DNA of 64,000 bases, from positions 7,568 through 71,567 of the forward strand of contig CACWSG010000004.1 in assembly GCA_902763535.1 (NCBI GenBank). Direction: 5' to 3'. This DNA comes from an uncultured Pseudomonadota bacterium (GTDB lineage Bacteria > Pseudomonadota > Alphaproteobacteria > RF32 > CAG-239). The stretch's first letter is position 1. The number at the start of each line of letters is the position of its first letter. The translations under genes were made by a program, and so were the position numbers. Below are positions 27,208 to 36,794 of the stretch, piece after piece. The notes below the pieces were generated by a model. It did no database searches. It had not been told where the DNA came from and saw only the letters and a list, made by a program, of their open reading frames with translations.

Positions 27208-28269
27208 ATGAAGTTTTTGGATCAAGCTAAAATATATGTTCAATCGGGTAATGGCGGCGCAGGTTGCGTTTCATTCCGCCATGAAAAGTATATTGAGTTT
27301 GGCGGACCTAACGGTGGAGACGGCGGCAAAGGCGGCAGTGTTTATGTTGAAGCAGTGCCTAATTTGAACACTTTAATCGATTTTCGTTACCATCAACATT
27401 TTAAGGCTCAAAAAGGTCGCAACGGTATGGGTTCGGAAAAAAATGGACCCAAAGGCGAAGATTTGATAATAAAAGTTCCGGTTGGTACCGAAATTTTGGC
27501 TGATGATCAAGAAACGGTTATTGTTGATATGGTTGAAGACGGACAGCGATTCTTGTTGGCCAAGGGCGGCGATGGTGGTCGCGGCAATACCCAATTCAAA
27601 ACTTCAACCAATCAAGCTCCGCGTTATGCTGAGCCGGGATGGCCCGGTGAAGAAAAATGGGTTTGGTTGCGCCTGAAAGTTATTGCTGATGTCGGATTGC
27701 TGGGTTTGCCGAATGCCGGTAAGTCAACTTTTCTATCGGTAGTATCCAAAGCGCGTCCCAAGATTGCCGATTATCCTTTTACCACGATTCATCCCAATTT
27801 GGGTGTAGCTTGGGTTAACAACTACGAAATGGTCATAGCTGATATTCCGGGGTTGATTGAGGGTGCTCATGACGGAGTCGGTTTGGGTGATAGATTCCTA
27901 AAGCACGTTGAACGTTGCTATGCTTTGTTGCATTTGGTAGACGGAACTTCGGAAGATGTTGCCAAATCCTATCTTGATATTCGCAACGAATTAGCTTTAT
28001 ATGATCAAAAATTGGCTGACAAGCCTGAAGTGGTTGCTTTGAGCAAAATAGATGCTCTTGATGAAAAAGAGATTGCCCGAAAAAAGAAAGAACTGGAAAA
28101 AGTTTCTCACAAAAAAGTTTTTGTTATTTCATCTGTTGCCAAACAAGGTGTTTATGAGTGCCTAAACGAGGTTAATCAATTTATTACCCGCGATCGTAAA
28201 CAAAAAGATGAAATTCAACTTCAAACTACCGAAACCCAAGAAAACAATACGGCATGGTCGCCGATTTAA
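27208..28269 (+). CDS. obg: GTPase Obg/CgtA
   Basis: [28 protein letters not shown] Obg fold. G motifs [22 protein letters not shown]. Confidence 0.9.
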   Translation: MKFLDQAKIYVQSGNGGAGCVSFRHEKYIEFGGPNGGDGGKGGSVYVEAVPNLNTLIDFRYHQHFKAQKGRNGMGSEKNGPKGEDLIIKVPVGTEILADDQETVIVDMVEDGQRFLLAKGGDGGRGNTQFKTSTNQAPRYAEPGWPGEEKWVWLRLKVIADVGLLGLPNAGKSTFLSVVSKARPKIADYPFTTIHPNLGVAWVNNYEMVIADIPGLIEGAHDGVGLGDRFLKHVERCYALLHLVDGTSEDVAKSYLDIRNELALYDQKLADKPEVVALSKIDALDEKEIARKKKELEKVSHKKVFVISSVAKQGVYECLNEVNQFITRDRKQKDEIQLQTTETQENNTAWSPI

Positions 28270-28652
28270 ATTTTAAGGAGTACAGCAAATTGGTTAGAGC
28301 AAAAAAACAAACATCTGATGAAACCGCCCAAAAAATATTAGATATAGTAAAAAAATCTTTGGACGATGGCAAAGCTGAAGATATTTCTGTGATTGATTTG
28401 GAAGGCAAATCATCTATTGCCAATTATATGGTGGTTGCCAGCGGAACATCTAATCGCCATGTTGCTTCATTGGCCGAGAATTTGCAGCTCAAACTGAAAG
28501 AACAAGGTTTTAAATCAATATCGGAAGGAGAAGAAAAGGCCGATTGGATTCTCATCGATGCCTATGATGTGATTATTCATATCTTCAAACCTGAAGTGCG
28601 CTCTTTTTACAGTCTTGAAAAAATGTGGTCGATTGCCCGCAAAGATATCTAA
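28254..28652 (+). CDS. rsfS: Ribosomal silencing factor RsfS
   Basis: [33 protein letters not shown] ... [15 protein letters not shown] is typical RsfS/IojAP. Confidence 0.8.
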   Translation: MVADLNFKEYSKLVRAKKQTSDETAQKILDIVKKSLDDGKAEDISVIDLEGKSSIANYMVVASGTSNRHVASLAENLQLKLKEQGFKSISEGEEKADWILIDAYDVIIHIFKPEVRSFYSLEKMWSIARKDI

Positions 28653-28667
28653 AAAAGCAGATTCTGA

Positions 28668-29054
28668 TTAAAACATTTCAATCATCGCTTTGGCATCATC
28701 GCTCATCATGCTGATGTCCCAAGCCGGTTCCCACACTACTTTAACCTCGACACATCCAACCCCTTCGAGTGCTGCCACAACTTCAGCTGCTTGGTTGGGC
28801 AATACTTCGGCCACCGGACACATTGGCGAAGTTACCGTCATTTCAATATAAACATCGCCATTATCTTTTTGTTCCAGCTTGTAAACCAACCCCATATCCC
28901 ATATATTGATTGTAATTTCAGGATCAGAAACGGTTTTTAGTGCATCAATAATTGCCTCACGCGAAGCAGAATTTTGGCCTTGTAAAGGTGTTCCTGCTTT
29001 GGCTACATAGTTTTTTTTATATTGTTCCAAATCTATATCTTCAATTTCTTCCAT
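28668..29054 (-). CDS. sufT: Fe-S assembly protein SufT (DUF59/MIP18 family)
   Basis: DPEITINIWDMGLVY ... MTVTSPMCP motif. Last gene of the suf operon. Confidence 0.7.
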   Translation of the reverse strand: MEEIEDIDLEQYKKNYVAKAGTPLQGQNSASREAIIDALKTVSDPEITINIWDMGLVYKLEQKDNGDVYIEMTVTSPMCPVAEVLPNQAAEVVAALEGVGCVEVKVVWEPAWDISMMSDDAKAMIEMF

Positions 29055-29066
29055 AACTTTGACCTG

Positions 29067-30281
29067 TTAAAAAAATGTTTTAGCTTTTTGCAAGGCATTG
29101 CATAAAATATCAATATCTTCTTTGGTGTTATACATTCCCAAAGATGCTCTCAAAACCGACTCATAACCCATGCGGCGCACCAAAGGAGCGGCACAATGGT
29201 GTCCGACTCGCAAAGCCAGCCCTTCTTTATCCAGTATAAAGGCCAAATCTTGCGGATGAATTCCCTCAATCACAAAAGAATAAATTCCGCTTCGGCTTTT
29301 GTGAGTGCCGAGCATTTTAAGCCCCTCAATTTTATGCAGTTTATCAAAAGCATATTCGGCCAAATCGTCTTCATAGGCTTTAATATTATCCATGCCCAAA
29401 TTCATCATATATTGCAAAGCCTCACCCATACCGATTGCCTGTACAATCGCCGGTGTTCCGGCCTCAAATCTTGCCGGAGGCTCATCAAATGTGGTTGAAG
29501 TATAGGTAACAACATTAACCATATCGCCGCCATATTGATAGGGAGGCATTGCCGATAATATATCATATTTGGCATAAAGTACGCCGATTCCGGTCGGACC
29601 ATAGGTTTTATGTCCGGAAAAGGCTAAAAAATCACAGTCTAAATCTTGTACATCAATCTTTTGGTGTACTGCATATTGGCAGGCATCAATCAAAACTTTA
29701 GCTCCGATTCGGTGTGCTGAAGCAATAATATCTTTAATCGGGAAAATCGTACCCAATACATTGGACATTCCCGTAATCGCCACCAATTTGGTTTTTCCGC
29801 TCAGTTTGGAACAAAAATCATCCCAATCAAATGAACCGTCATCATTGACACGGCATATTTTCAGCTCAAAACCTATTTCGTCGCGCAGGACCTGCCATGG
29901 CACAAGGTTGGCATGATGTTCGGCTTCTGAAATAATAACCTCATCAATTTTGGTTAAAAATTTTCTGCCCCAAGTAAAAGCCGTTAAATTAATAGCTTCG
30001 GTTGCATTGCGGGTAAAAACGATATCTTCTTTTTGTTTGGCATTAATAAATTTTTGCACAATCTGCCGTGCATTTTCATAAGCGGAAGTAATTTCTTCGG
30101 ACAGCAGATAAGATCCGCGATGTACATTGGCATATTCCGAACCATAAGTTTTCACAATTCGGTCAATCACGCATTGAGGTTTTTGCGCTGAGGCTGCCGT
30201 ATCTAAAAAAGTGTTAGGTTTACCGTTGACAGCAACCTTAAAAATAGGAAAATCTTGGCGAACTTTTTCTACATCAAACAT
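29067..30281 (-). CDS. sufS: Cysteine desulfurase SufS
   Basis: Class V aminotransferase. FSGHKTYGPTGIGVL carries the PLP Lys and RVGHHCAAPL the catalytic Cys. Confidence 0.9.
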   Translation of the reverse strand: MFDVEKVRQDFPIFKVAVNGKPNTFLDTAASAQKPQCVIDRIVKTYGSEYANVHRGSYLLSEEITSAYENARQIVQKFINAKQKEDIVFTRNATEAINLTAFTWGRKFLTKIDEVIISEAEHHANLVPWQVLRDEIGFELKICRVNDDGSFDWDDFCSKLSGKTKLVAITGMSNVLGTIFPIKDIIASAHRIGAKVLIDACQYAVHQKIDVQDLDCDFLAFSGHKTYGPTGIGVLYAKYDILSAMPPYQYGGDMVNVVTYTSTTFDEPPARFEAGTPAIVQAIGMGEALQYMMNLGMDNIKAYEDDLAEYAFDKLHKIEGLKMLGTHKSRSGIYSFVIEGIHPQDLAFILDKEGLALRVGHHCAAPLVRRMGYESVLRASLGMYNTKEDIDILCNALQKAKTFF

Positions 30282-30311
30282 TGTTATCTATATCCTCTAT
30301 ATTGCTCTTTA

Positions 30312-31559
30312 CTATGATTGCAGCAATAATTTAATCCAGTCAGCAATTTTTTCATTATCAACTTTAGCAATAACTTCCTGCAAGTATGCATCAACCAACA
30401 TTGCTTTGGCCTCTTCTTCACCCAGTCCTCTCGAGCGCAGATAGAAAAGTTGTTCAGCATCAAGTTGCCCGCAAGCTGAGCCATGGGAGCATTGGACATC
30501 ATCAGCAAAAATCTCCAACTCCGGTTTTACATCAACTTCGGCTTCATCGGTTAAAAGAAGTGCGCGGTGTTGTTGATAACCTTTAGTTTTGATTGCGTTT
30601 GGTTCAATGTGGATGCAACCCTGAAAAACGCCTTTGGCCTGTCCTCCGACCACACCTTTAACCAGCTGATCAGAAAAAGTTTCAGCCACCAAATGTTCAA
30701 TATCGGTAGTGGTATCAATCGTAGCCCATCCGTTCATCATATAAGCTGCATTAACTTCGGCTTTTGCTAAAGTATCGGCAAGCCGAACTTTTGATTCATT
30801 GCGTGCCAAATCCGCACCTTTTTGCAGACAAAAGCTTTTGTAATAACCTGATTTTTTAACTTCAACGCAGCTTAGGGCCAAATGAATGGCTTTGAAAGCC
30901 TCCATCTGAGCTTTATAATGCTTTAGAACAGCATTTTCTCCGATATGAATTTCATTCACCACATTGTTAAAATAGACCGATTTTTGATCGCCGGTATAGT
31001 TAAAATATTCGATTAACTCTGCTCTGGCACCTTTCTCCAGTACAACTAAATTGCGTATATTAGACATCGGGCGTGCATTTTGACAACTTGAATGATATAC
31101 CAAAGCTAAAGGCTTTTCCAATTGGCAATCATTGGGAATTTTGATATAAATTCCTTCATTAAGATAAGCTGTATTCAATGCGGCAAAAGGGTGTTTTGTG
31201 TTATCGACTAATTTACCAACCATATTTTTGGCTTGAGCGTCAAACATCACAAACTCTGCCAACGGCATTATCTCAATTTCCGACGGAAGATTGGATATAT
31301 TAGGAGCAAAAACGCCGTCAATAAAAGTTACCTGATATGTTGCAAACGGAAATTCATAACGATAGTTTGCAGAACATCCGGCGCTGTAAACCTCAAATTC
31401 ATCGGTTAAAAACATATTGGGTTTGGTATATTTCCAAGCTTCAGTCTTAGCATTCGGAATACCCAAAGCAGTAAAAGTGTCGCGCCCGCTTTGACGCAAC
31501 TCTTTCAGCCAAGGAATGTTTTCTCCCAACAGTTTTACCTGATGCAGCAACTTGGTCAT
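30312..31559 (-). CDS. sufD: Fe-S cluster assembly protein SufD
   Basis: 415 aa beta-helix protein, C-terminus DVQCSHGSACGQLDAEQLFYLRSRGL, overlaps the sufC stop. Confidence 0.85.
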   Translation of the reverse strand: MTKLLHQVKLLGENIPWLKELRQSGRDTFTALGIPNAKTEAWKYTKPNMFLTDEFEVYSAGCSANYRYEFPFATYQVTFIDGVFAPNISNLPSEIEIMPLAEFVMFDAQAKNMVGKLVDNTKHPFAALNTAYLNEGIYIKIPNDCQLEKPLALVYHSSCQNARPMSNIRNLVVLEKGARAELIEYFNYTGDQKSVYFNNVVNEIHIGENAVLKHYKAQMEAFKAIHLALSCVEVKKSGYYKSFCLQKGADLARNESKVRLADTLAKAEVNAAYMMNGWATIDTTTDIEHLVAETFSDQLVKGVVGGQAKGVFQGCIHIEPNAIKTKGYQQHRALLLTDEAEVDVKPELEIFADDVQCSHGSACGQLDAEQLFYLRSRGLGEEEAKAMLVDAYLQEVIAKVDNEKIADWIKLLLQS

Positions 31560-32332
31560 GCTTGTTCCTTTACAAATTCGGAATATCCGGTGCGTTCCAG
31601 CTCTTCTGCTAAATCTTTGTTGCCGGTTTTAACAATTTTGCCGCCGGTATATACATGCACAAAATCAGGCACAATATAGTTTAACAGTCTTTGGTAGTGA
31701 GTAATAACCAACAATCCGCTTTGCGGGGTGCGGCAGGCATTAACCCCTTCGCCGATAATACGCATGGCATCAATATCAACACCGGAGTCCGCTTCATCCA
31801 AAATTGCCAAGCAGGGGCGCAAAATTGCCATTTGCAAAGTTTCCAATCTTTTAGCCTCACCGCCGGAAAAACCGACATTTATTGAGCGTTTCAACATATC
31901 AGCATTAAGATTCAGCTTACGGCCTTCTTCACGCAGCAGTTTCATAAATTCCACGGTGTCCATTTCTTTTTCGCCGCGATAAGCTCGCAGACTGTTTAGG
32001 GCGTGTTTCAAAAACGGAGTGATGGATACTCCCGGAATTTCAACCGGTTTTTGCATCGATAAGAACAAACCTTCACGAGCTCTTTCTTCGACCGACATTT
32101 GCAATAAGTCTTTTCCCTTAAACAAGACTCTGCCGGAAGTTACTTCATAACCCGGCTTGCCGCATAACACATAGGATAATGTCGATTTTCCGGCACCGTT
32201 CGGGCCCATGATGGCATGAACTTCACCTTCATTAATGGTCAAATTAAAACCTTTGATAATTTCTTTATTTTCAACTTTGGCATGCAAGTCTTCAATTTCG
32301 AGTAGAGGTTTGCTCATTTTTGTGCACTCCAA
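31556..32332 (-). CDS. sufC: Fe-S cluster assembly ATPase SufC
   Basis: Walker A GPNGAGKST, signature FSGGEAKR, Walker B AILDEADSG. Start may be the internal MSKPLLEIEDL (32317). Confidence 0.95.
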   Translation of the reverse strand: MECTKMSKPLLEIEDLHAKVENKEIIKGFNLTINEGEVHAIMGPNGAGKSTLSYVLCGKPGYEVTSGRVLFKGKDLLQMSVEERAREGLFLSMQKPVEIPGVSITPFLKHALNSLRAYRGEKEMDTVEFMKLLREEGRKLNLNADMLKRSINVGFSGGEAKRLETLQMAILRPCLAILDEADSGVDIDAMRIIGEGVNACRTPQSGLLVITHYQRLLNYIVPDFVHVYTGGKIVKTGNKDLAEELERTGYSEFVKEQA

Positions 32333-32589
32333 TCATCCAATCTTTGCTCAATTTTTTGCAGTTTTTGTTCTTTGTAATCAGCCACTTGTTTATGGATATT
32401 ATAGCAATATTTTAATTGTTCCAACATAATTTCGACATCGGCAGTTTCTTCAATAATCTCATCCACATTATCTTTGTGCCGATTAATGTTTTTAAGTATT
32501 TCTTTAATCAGTTCGCTCATTTCTTCAATAACTTGCAGCATTTGCGGCTCTTTGCCCCAAGTTTTTAAGGCTCTTTCATAAGTGTTCAT
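32314..32589 (-). CDS. Small MazG-like (all-alpha NTP pyrophosphohydrolase-type) protein inserted between sufB and sufC
   Basis: 91 aa. The start abuts the sufB stop and the end overlaps sufC. EEMSELIKEI ... IIEETADVEIMLEQL resembles the EExxE...ExxD metal motif of MazG-type domains. Confidence 0.45.
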   Translation of the reverse strand: MNTYERALKTWGKEPQMLQVIEEMSELIKEILKNINRHKDNVDEIIEETADVEIMLEQLKYCYNIHKQVADYKEQKLQKIEQRLDDWSAQK

Positions 32590-34044
32590 CTATCCGACAC
32601 TCCCTTCTAAACTTATGTTGATTAATTTGGCTGCTTCAATTGCAAATTCCATCGGCAGTTTTTGCATAACTTCTTTGCAAAATCCGTTTACGATAAGACT
32701 GATAGCCTCTTCTTCGGATATACCGCGTTGACGGCAATAAAAAAGTTGTTCATCCGATATTTTGGAGGTTGTAGCTTCATGTTCCAGTTGAGCAGTTTTA
32801 CAGCGGCTTTCTATATATGGCACAGTATGAGATCCGCAAGTTGCTCCAATCAAAAGACTGTCGCAACGCGTATAATTGCGGGCATTAGCGGCACTGGCAG
32901 CGGCTTTGACCAATCCGCGGTAGGTTTGGTTAGAAAATCCGGCGGAAATACCTTTTGATATAATACGAGAAGAAGTGTTTTTACCGATATGAATCATTTT
33001 GGTGCCGGTATCAGCTTGTTGACGATTATTGGTCAGGGCAACCGAATAAAACTCACCACATGAGTTGTCGCCCTGTAACACACAAGACGGATATTTCCAA
33101 GTAACGGCCGAACCTGTTTCGACCTGAGTCCATGAAACTTTGGAATTTACGCCGCGACAAGCGGCTCGTTTGGTTACAAAGTTATATACACCGCCTTTGC
33201 CTTCTTTGTCACCGGGATACCAGTTTTGCACGGTAGAATATTTTACTTCGGCATTATTCAACACCACTATTTCGACTATTGCCGCGTGCAGCTGATTCTC
33301 ATCGCGTTGCGGTGCCGTGCAACCTTCAAGATAAGAAACATAACTATCATCATCGGCTACAATCAATGTGCGCTCAAACTGACCGGTATTGCGGCTGTTG
33401 ATGCGAAAATAGGTCGATAATTCCATCGGACAGCGCACGCCTTTGGGAATATACACAAAAGTACCGTCGGTAAACACTGCTGAGTTAAGACAAGCAAAAA
33501 AATTGTCGGTGTAAGGTACGACAGAGCCAAGATATTTTTGCACCAAATCAGGATATTCTTTGATTGCTTCGGAAATTGAGCAGAAAATAATGCCTTTTTC
33601 TTTGAGTTGTGCTTGATAAGTCGTCGCTACCGAAACACTGTCAAAAACAGCATCAACCGCAACGACTCCGGCCAAAGCCTCTTGCTCTTTTAAGGGAATT
33701 CCAAGCTTTTCATAGGTCTTGAGAAGTTCTTTATCAACCTCATCCAAACTTTTAGGTGCAGTTTTTTGTTTGGGCGCCGAGTAATAGGCCAAAGCTTGAT
33801 AATCTATTGCATCATACTTTAGTTTTGCCCAATGCGGTTCCTTCATGGTCTGCCAAAATTCAAAAGCTTGCAATCGCTTTTGCAGCAGCCATTCCGGTTC
33901 ACCTTTTTTGTGCGAGATTATGCGGATAATATCGGCATTCAAGCCCGTTGGTACCGTATCGGCTTCAATATCTGTAACGAAGCCGTACTTATATTTATCT
34001 CCGCTTTCATCTGCGATTTGAATTTCATTTTTTGTATCAGTCAT
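32590..34044 (-). CDS. sufB: Fe-S cluster assembly scaffold SufB
   Basis: 484 aa with [19 protein letters not shown] and [21 protein letters not shown], typical of SufB. Confidence 0.95.
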   Translation of the reverse strand: MTDTKNEIQIADESGDKYKYGFVTDIEADTVPTGLNADIIRIISHKKGEPEWLLQKRLQAFEFWQTMKEPHWAKLKYDAIDYQALAYYSAPKQKTAPKSLDEVDKELLKTYEKLGIPLKEQEALAGVVAVDAVFDSVSVATTYQAQLKEKGIIFCSISEAIKEYPDLVQKYLGSVVPYTDNFFACLNSAVFTDGTFVYIPKGVRCPMELSTYFRINSRNTGQFERTLIVADDDSYVSYLEGCTAPQRDENQLHAAIVEIVVLNNAEVKYSTVQNWYPGDKEGKGGVYNFVTKRAACRGVNSKVSWTQVETGSAVTWKYPSCVLQGDNSCGEFYSVALTNNRQQADTGTKMIHIGKNTSSRIISKGISAGFSNQTYRGLVKAAASAANARNYTRCDSLLIGATCGSHTVPYIESRCKTAQLEHEATTSKISDEQLFYCRQRGISEEEAISLIVNGFCKEVMQKLPMEFAIEAAKLINISLEGSVG

Positions 34045-34143
34045 GACACAAGGAAATTAGTTTCTTTTTTTGATAAAATCAACCGATATTTGCTTTAAAA
34101 TCAGCTTTATTTAGAAAATATTAAGTCTTAAAGGCATATCATA

Positions 34144-35070
34144 ATGCAGGTTTATGATAAGTTGAGAGTATTTATGCGCGCCAGAATATGGACTATTTTA
34201 ACCATTCTTTTGCTCGTCGGTGCCTGTTCGAACGGAGCCCGCATCGGCAATTATACTTTGTGGGGAGGTTATAGTAATTATACAAGCGGCGCGTCAAAGG
34301 TAGTAGTTCGCAAAGGTGATACATTATACAGTATAGCCAATCGCAATAATGTACCGTTACGCAGTCTTATTGAAACCAATAATCTTTATCCGCCATATAC
34401 CTTAAAAGTCGGGCAAACTTTAAGATTGCCGGCAGCTAAATACCATATTGTTGCCAAAGGCGATACATTGTATAACATATCCAAACGCTACAATGTCGAT
34501 ATGCCGAAACTCAGTGCTGAAAATAACTTGAGCGCGCCTTTTACCTTAAAATTAGGACAAAAGCTCACTATTCCTGATAGTCTCTATACCAAAAGTTCGA
34601 CTAAGTCTGTCTCTTCAACTAAAAAGACAACTAAAAGCTCAACCCCTTCCCAAAGTGTGACCAAATATTCCTATGTCCAACCTTCAACCAACCGCAAGCA
34701 AAAATTTGACTGGCCGGTAAAAGGGCAGGTAGTCTCCGGTTATGGTCCGATTGCTAAAGGGCGCAATAATGATGGTATCAACATCAAAGCGCCTGCCGGT
34801 ACTGCAGTAAAAGCAGCAGACTCGGGCACGGTTGCTTATGCCGGTAATGAGCTGAAAGGATTCGGCAATTTGGTTTTGATAAAACATGATGATGGTTGGG
34901 TAACTGCCTATGCCCACAACCAGACCCTTAAAGTGAAAAAAGGTCAGAAAGTTAAGCGTGGTGAACAAATAGCCACAGTCGGTTCTACCGGCGGGGTAGG
35001 GACACCGCAACTGCATTTTGAAACTCGTGCCGGCAAAAAAGCCCTTAATCCGCAAAATTATCTGCGTTAA
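34144..35070 (+). CDS. nlpD: LysM-repeat M23 peptidase lipoprotein (NlpD-like)
   Basis: Lipobox LLLVGAC (start possibly 34174). Three LysM repeats (V..GDTLY.I..R....). M23 core GINIKAPAGTAV.. GNLVLIKHDDGWVTAYAH .. GSTGGVGTPQLHFE. Confidence 0.8.
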   Translation: MQVYDKLRVFMRARIWTILTILLLVGACSNGARIGNYTLWGGYSNYTSGASKVVVRKGDTLYSIANRNNVPLRSLIETNNLYPPYTLKVGQTLRLPAAKYHIVAKGDTLYNISKRYNVDMPKLSAENNLSAPFTLKLGQKLTIPDSLYTKSSTKSVSSTKKTTKSSTPSQSVTKYSYVQPSTNRKQKFDWPVKGQVVSGYGPIAKGRNNDGINIKAPAGTAVKAADSGTVAYAGNELKGFGNLVLIKHDDGWVTAYAHNQTLKVKKGQKVKRGEQIATVGSTGGVGTPQLHFETRAGKKALNPQNYLR

Positions 35071-35106
35071 AGCATAAATAAATCTCATCTATGTGACAAA
35101 AAAACC

Positions 35107-35135
35107 TTGACTTTTGTCTACGGGGGGGGTATAAT
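35107..35135 (+). promoter_or_regulatory. Near-consensus sigma-70 promoter with a G8 tract in the spacer
   Basis: TTGACT (35107-35112), 17-nt spacer tttgtctacGGGGGGGG, TATAAT (35130-35135). Confidence 0.65.
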
Positions 35136-35161
35136 GAGATTAACATTATAACCAAACATAG

Positions 35162-36223
35162 ATGAGGATAAAGGAAATGAACTTAGACTTTACATTTTTG
35201 AAGGAAGATCAGATATGGGGCGATGATGCCCTGGAAGTAATGAAGAAGTATGGCACGAAGGTTGCGCCAACGGATCTGACCGTTATATTGGGTGTCTGTA
35301 TGAGCGGTATGAGCGGTTGGGGTGAGCTTTATTATAATTATAAAGGTTATTTAGCTTGTACTACCCCTGAAGGCGATTTAACTTGTGGCTCTTGGTCCGC
35401 GTCTTCGGGTGAGGATGGGAGCGTGCGTTGCGTCGGCTATAATGGTTATAATTACTGTTATCTACCGAATGTACGTATAAGCTCGGCGCACCCCGCTTTG
35501 CCGCAAAAGGAGGCATCTAAAATCAGCCCGAGCGAAGCGAAGGTTATCGATGGAATCCGCGTAGCGGAATATGGGGAATACCCGCAAACGGTCGCCGATG
35601 AGCGCACTAGCGAGAAATTAGAAAGATTACATGGCTCAAACTCTCTTCGTTCGACCGGAAAAAATTACACATTTGATTCAGTTGAATTAGAAAATTATGA
35701 TACCCCTTTTAAGGCTATATCCTACCCCGAATATGAAATGGATGGCAAAAGGTATATTCGTGTCCCCGGACGGCCTGCTGACGACGATAGTAAGTTATCT
35801 ACCGGGGAACAAGTAGAGGAAGGGAAACCATACTGGGTTGAGGTTCAACCGATAGAATGGTTGATGGACAGAAGTGGCACCATGGTGGCCAGGAAATGTT
35901 TGTTCGCCGGTATTCAGTTTGATACAAAAAGCTCGTATGATGGTGATTTTAAGGGAACGTTCATGAAACATTATTTGGATACCTATTTTGCCAAAGAAAT
36001 GCAACCTTTAGAACGCACAAATGTAAAAGAAAATTCAACGAAAAAGACAGATGATGATCCCGCGACAAAAAGAATTAAAAAAATAAAAGAGCAAATGTTG
36101 CGCACTATTGCCGCCGAAAATGTATCACCCCAAAAAGGTGTGGTAAAACGCAAACGCTCTGATGCTGAGAAACAAATCATTAAAGCAGCGTTAGATAGTG
36201 CATCTAAAGGTATCGGAAGATAA
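35162..36223 (+). CDS. DUF6273-like protein with basic C-terminal tail
   Basis: APTDLTVILG ... VRISSAHPAL ... EYGEYPQTV ... VQPIEWLMD resemble the TDYA / RPAL / YPQ / IEW.VL motifs of DUF6273 proteins. No signal peptide seen. Alternative SD-preceded start at 35177 (MNLDFTF). Confidence 0.55.
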   Translation: MRIKEMNLDFTFLKEDQIWGDDALEVMKKYGTKVAPTDLTVILGVCMSGMSGWGELYYNYKGYLACTTPEGDLTCGSWSASSGEDGSVRCVGYNGYNYCYLPNVRISSAHPALPQKEASKISPSEAKVIDGIRVAEYGEYPQTVADERTSEKLERLHGSNSLRSTGKNYTFDSVELENYDTPFKAISYPEYEMDGKRYIRVPGRPADDDSKLSTGEQVEEGKPYWVEVQPIEWLMDRSGTMVARKCLFAGIQFDTKSSYDGDFKGTFMKHYLDTYFAKEMQPLERTNVKENSTKKTDDDPATKRIKKIKEQMLRTIAAENVSPQKGVVKRKRSDAEKQIIKAALDSASKGIGR

Positions 36224-36253
36224 TTTTATTTTCAGTTAGCTAAATTTTATTCC

Positions 36254-36290
36254 AGAGGTGACAATACTGTTTATTGTTACCTCTTTTTTT
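36254..36290 (+). terminator. Intrinsic terminator of the DUF6273-like gene
   Basis: 13-bp stem agaggtgacaata/tattgttacctct (one G.U) followed by T6. Confidence 0.65.
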
Positions 36291-36422
36291 GGATTCTCAA
36301 TTTATCCCATTAATATTTCCCCTCTTATACAAAAAATAACTTGTGAAATAATAAAAATTTCCCTATATATGCTTTAGAATATGTTATATAGTGTAGAAAA
36401 ATTTTAAAACGGAGTTGAGAAT

Positions 36423-36785
36423 ATGTTTATCAGTTCAGCTTTGGCGGCCGATATGGCAGCCTCATCTGCGGGCGGAGTGTCCAGCATGATTATTCAGTTG
36501 TTGCTTATATTTGCAATTTTCTATTTGTTGTTGATTCGTCCCCAACAAAAACGCATTAAAGAGCATGAGGCTAAAATCAATGCTCTCAAAAAAGGCGATG
36601 AAATTATTACCGGTGGCGGTATTGTTGCCAAAGTCGTTGAGATTAACGAAGCTGACGATGAACTGAAGGTTGAAATTGCCTCCGGCGTTGTAATCAGAAT
36701 TGCTCGTCCTACTGTGCGCGAGGTTTTAACGGAAGAGCTTAAGTCGGCTGATAACAACAATAAAAAAACTAAAAACAAGAAATAA
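36423..36785 (+). CDS. yajC: Preprotein translocase subunit YajC
   Basis: Single TM plus FYLLLIRPQQKR motif. Precedes secD. Confidence 0.85.
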   Translation: MFISSALAADMAASSAGGVSSMIIQLLLIFAIFYLLLIRPQQKRIKEHEAKINALKKGDEIITGGGIVAKVVEINEADDELKVEIASGVVIRIARPTVREVLTEELKSADNNNKKTKNKK

Positions 36786-36794
36786 GGTGTAGAA

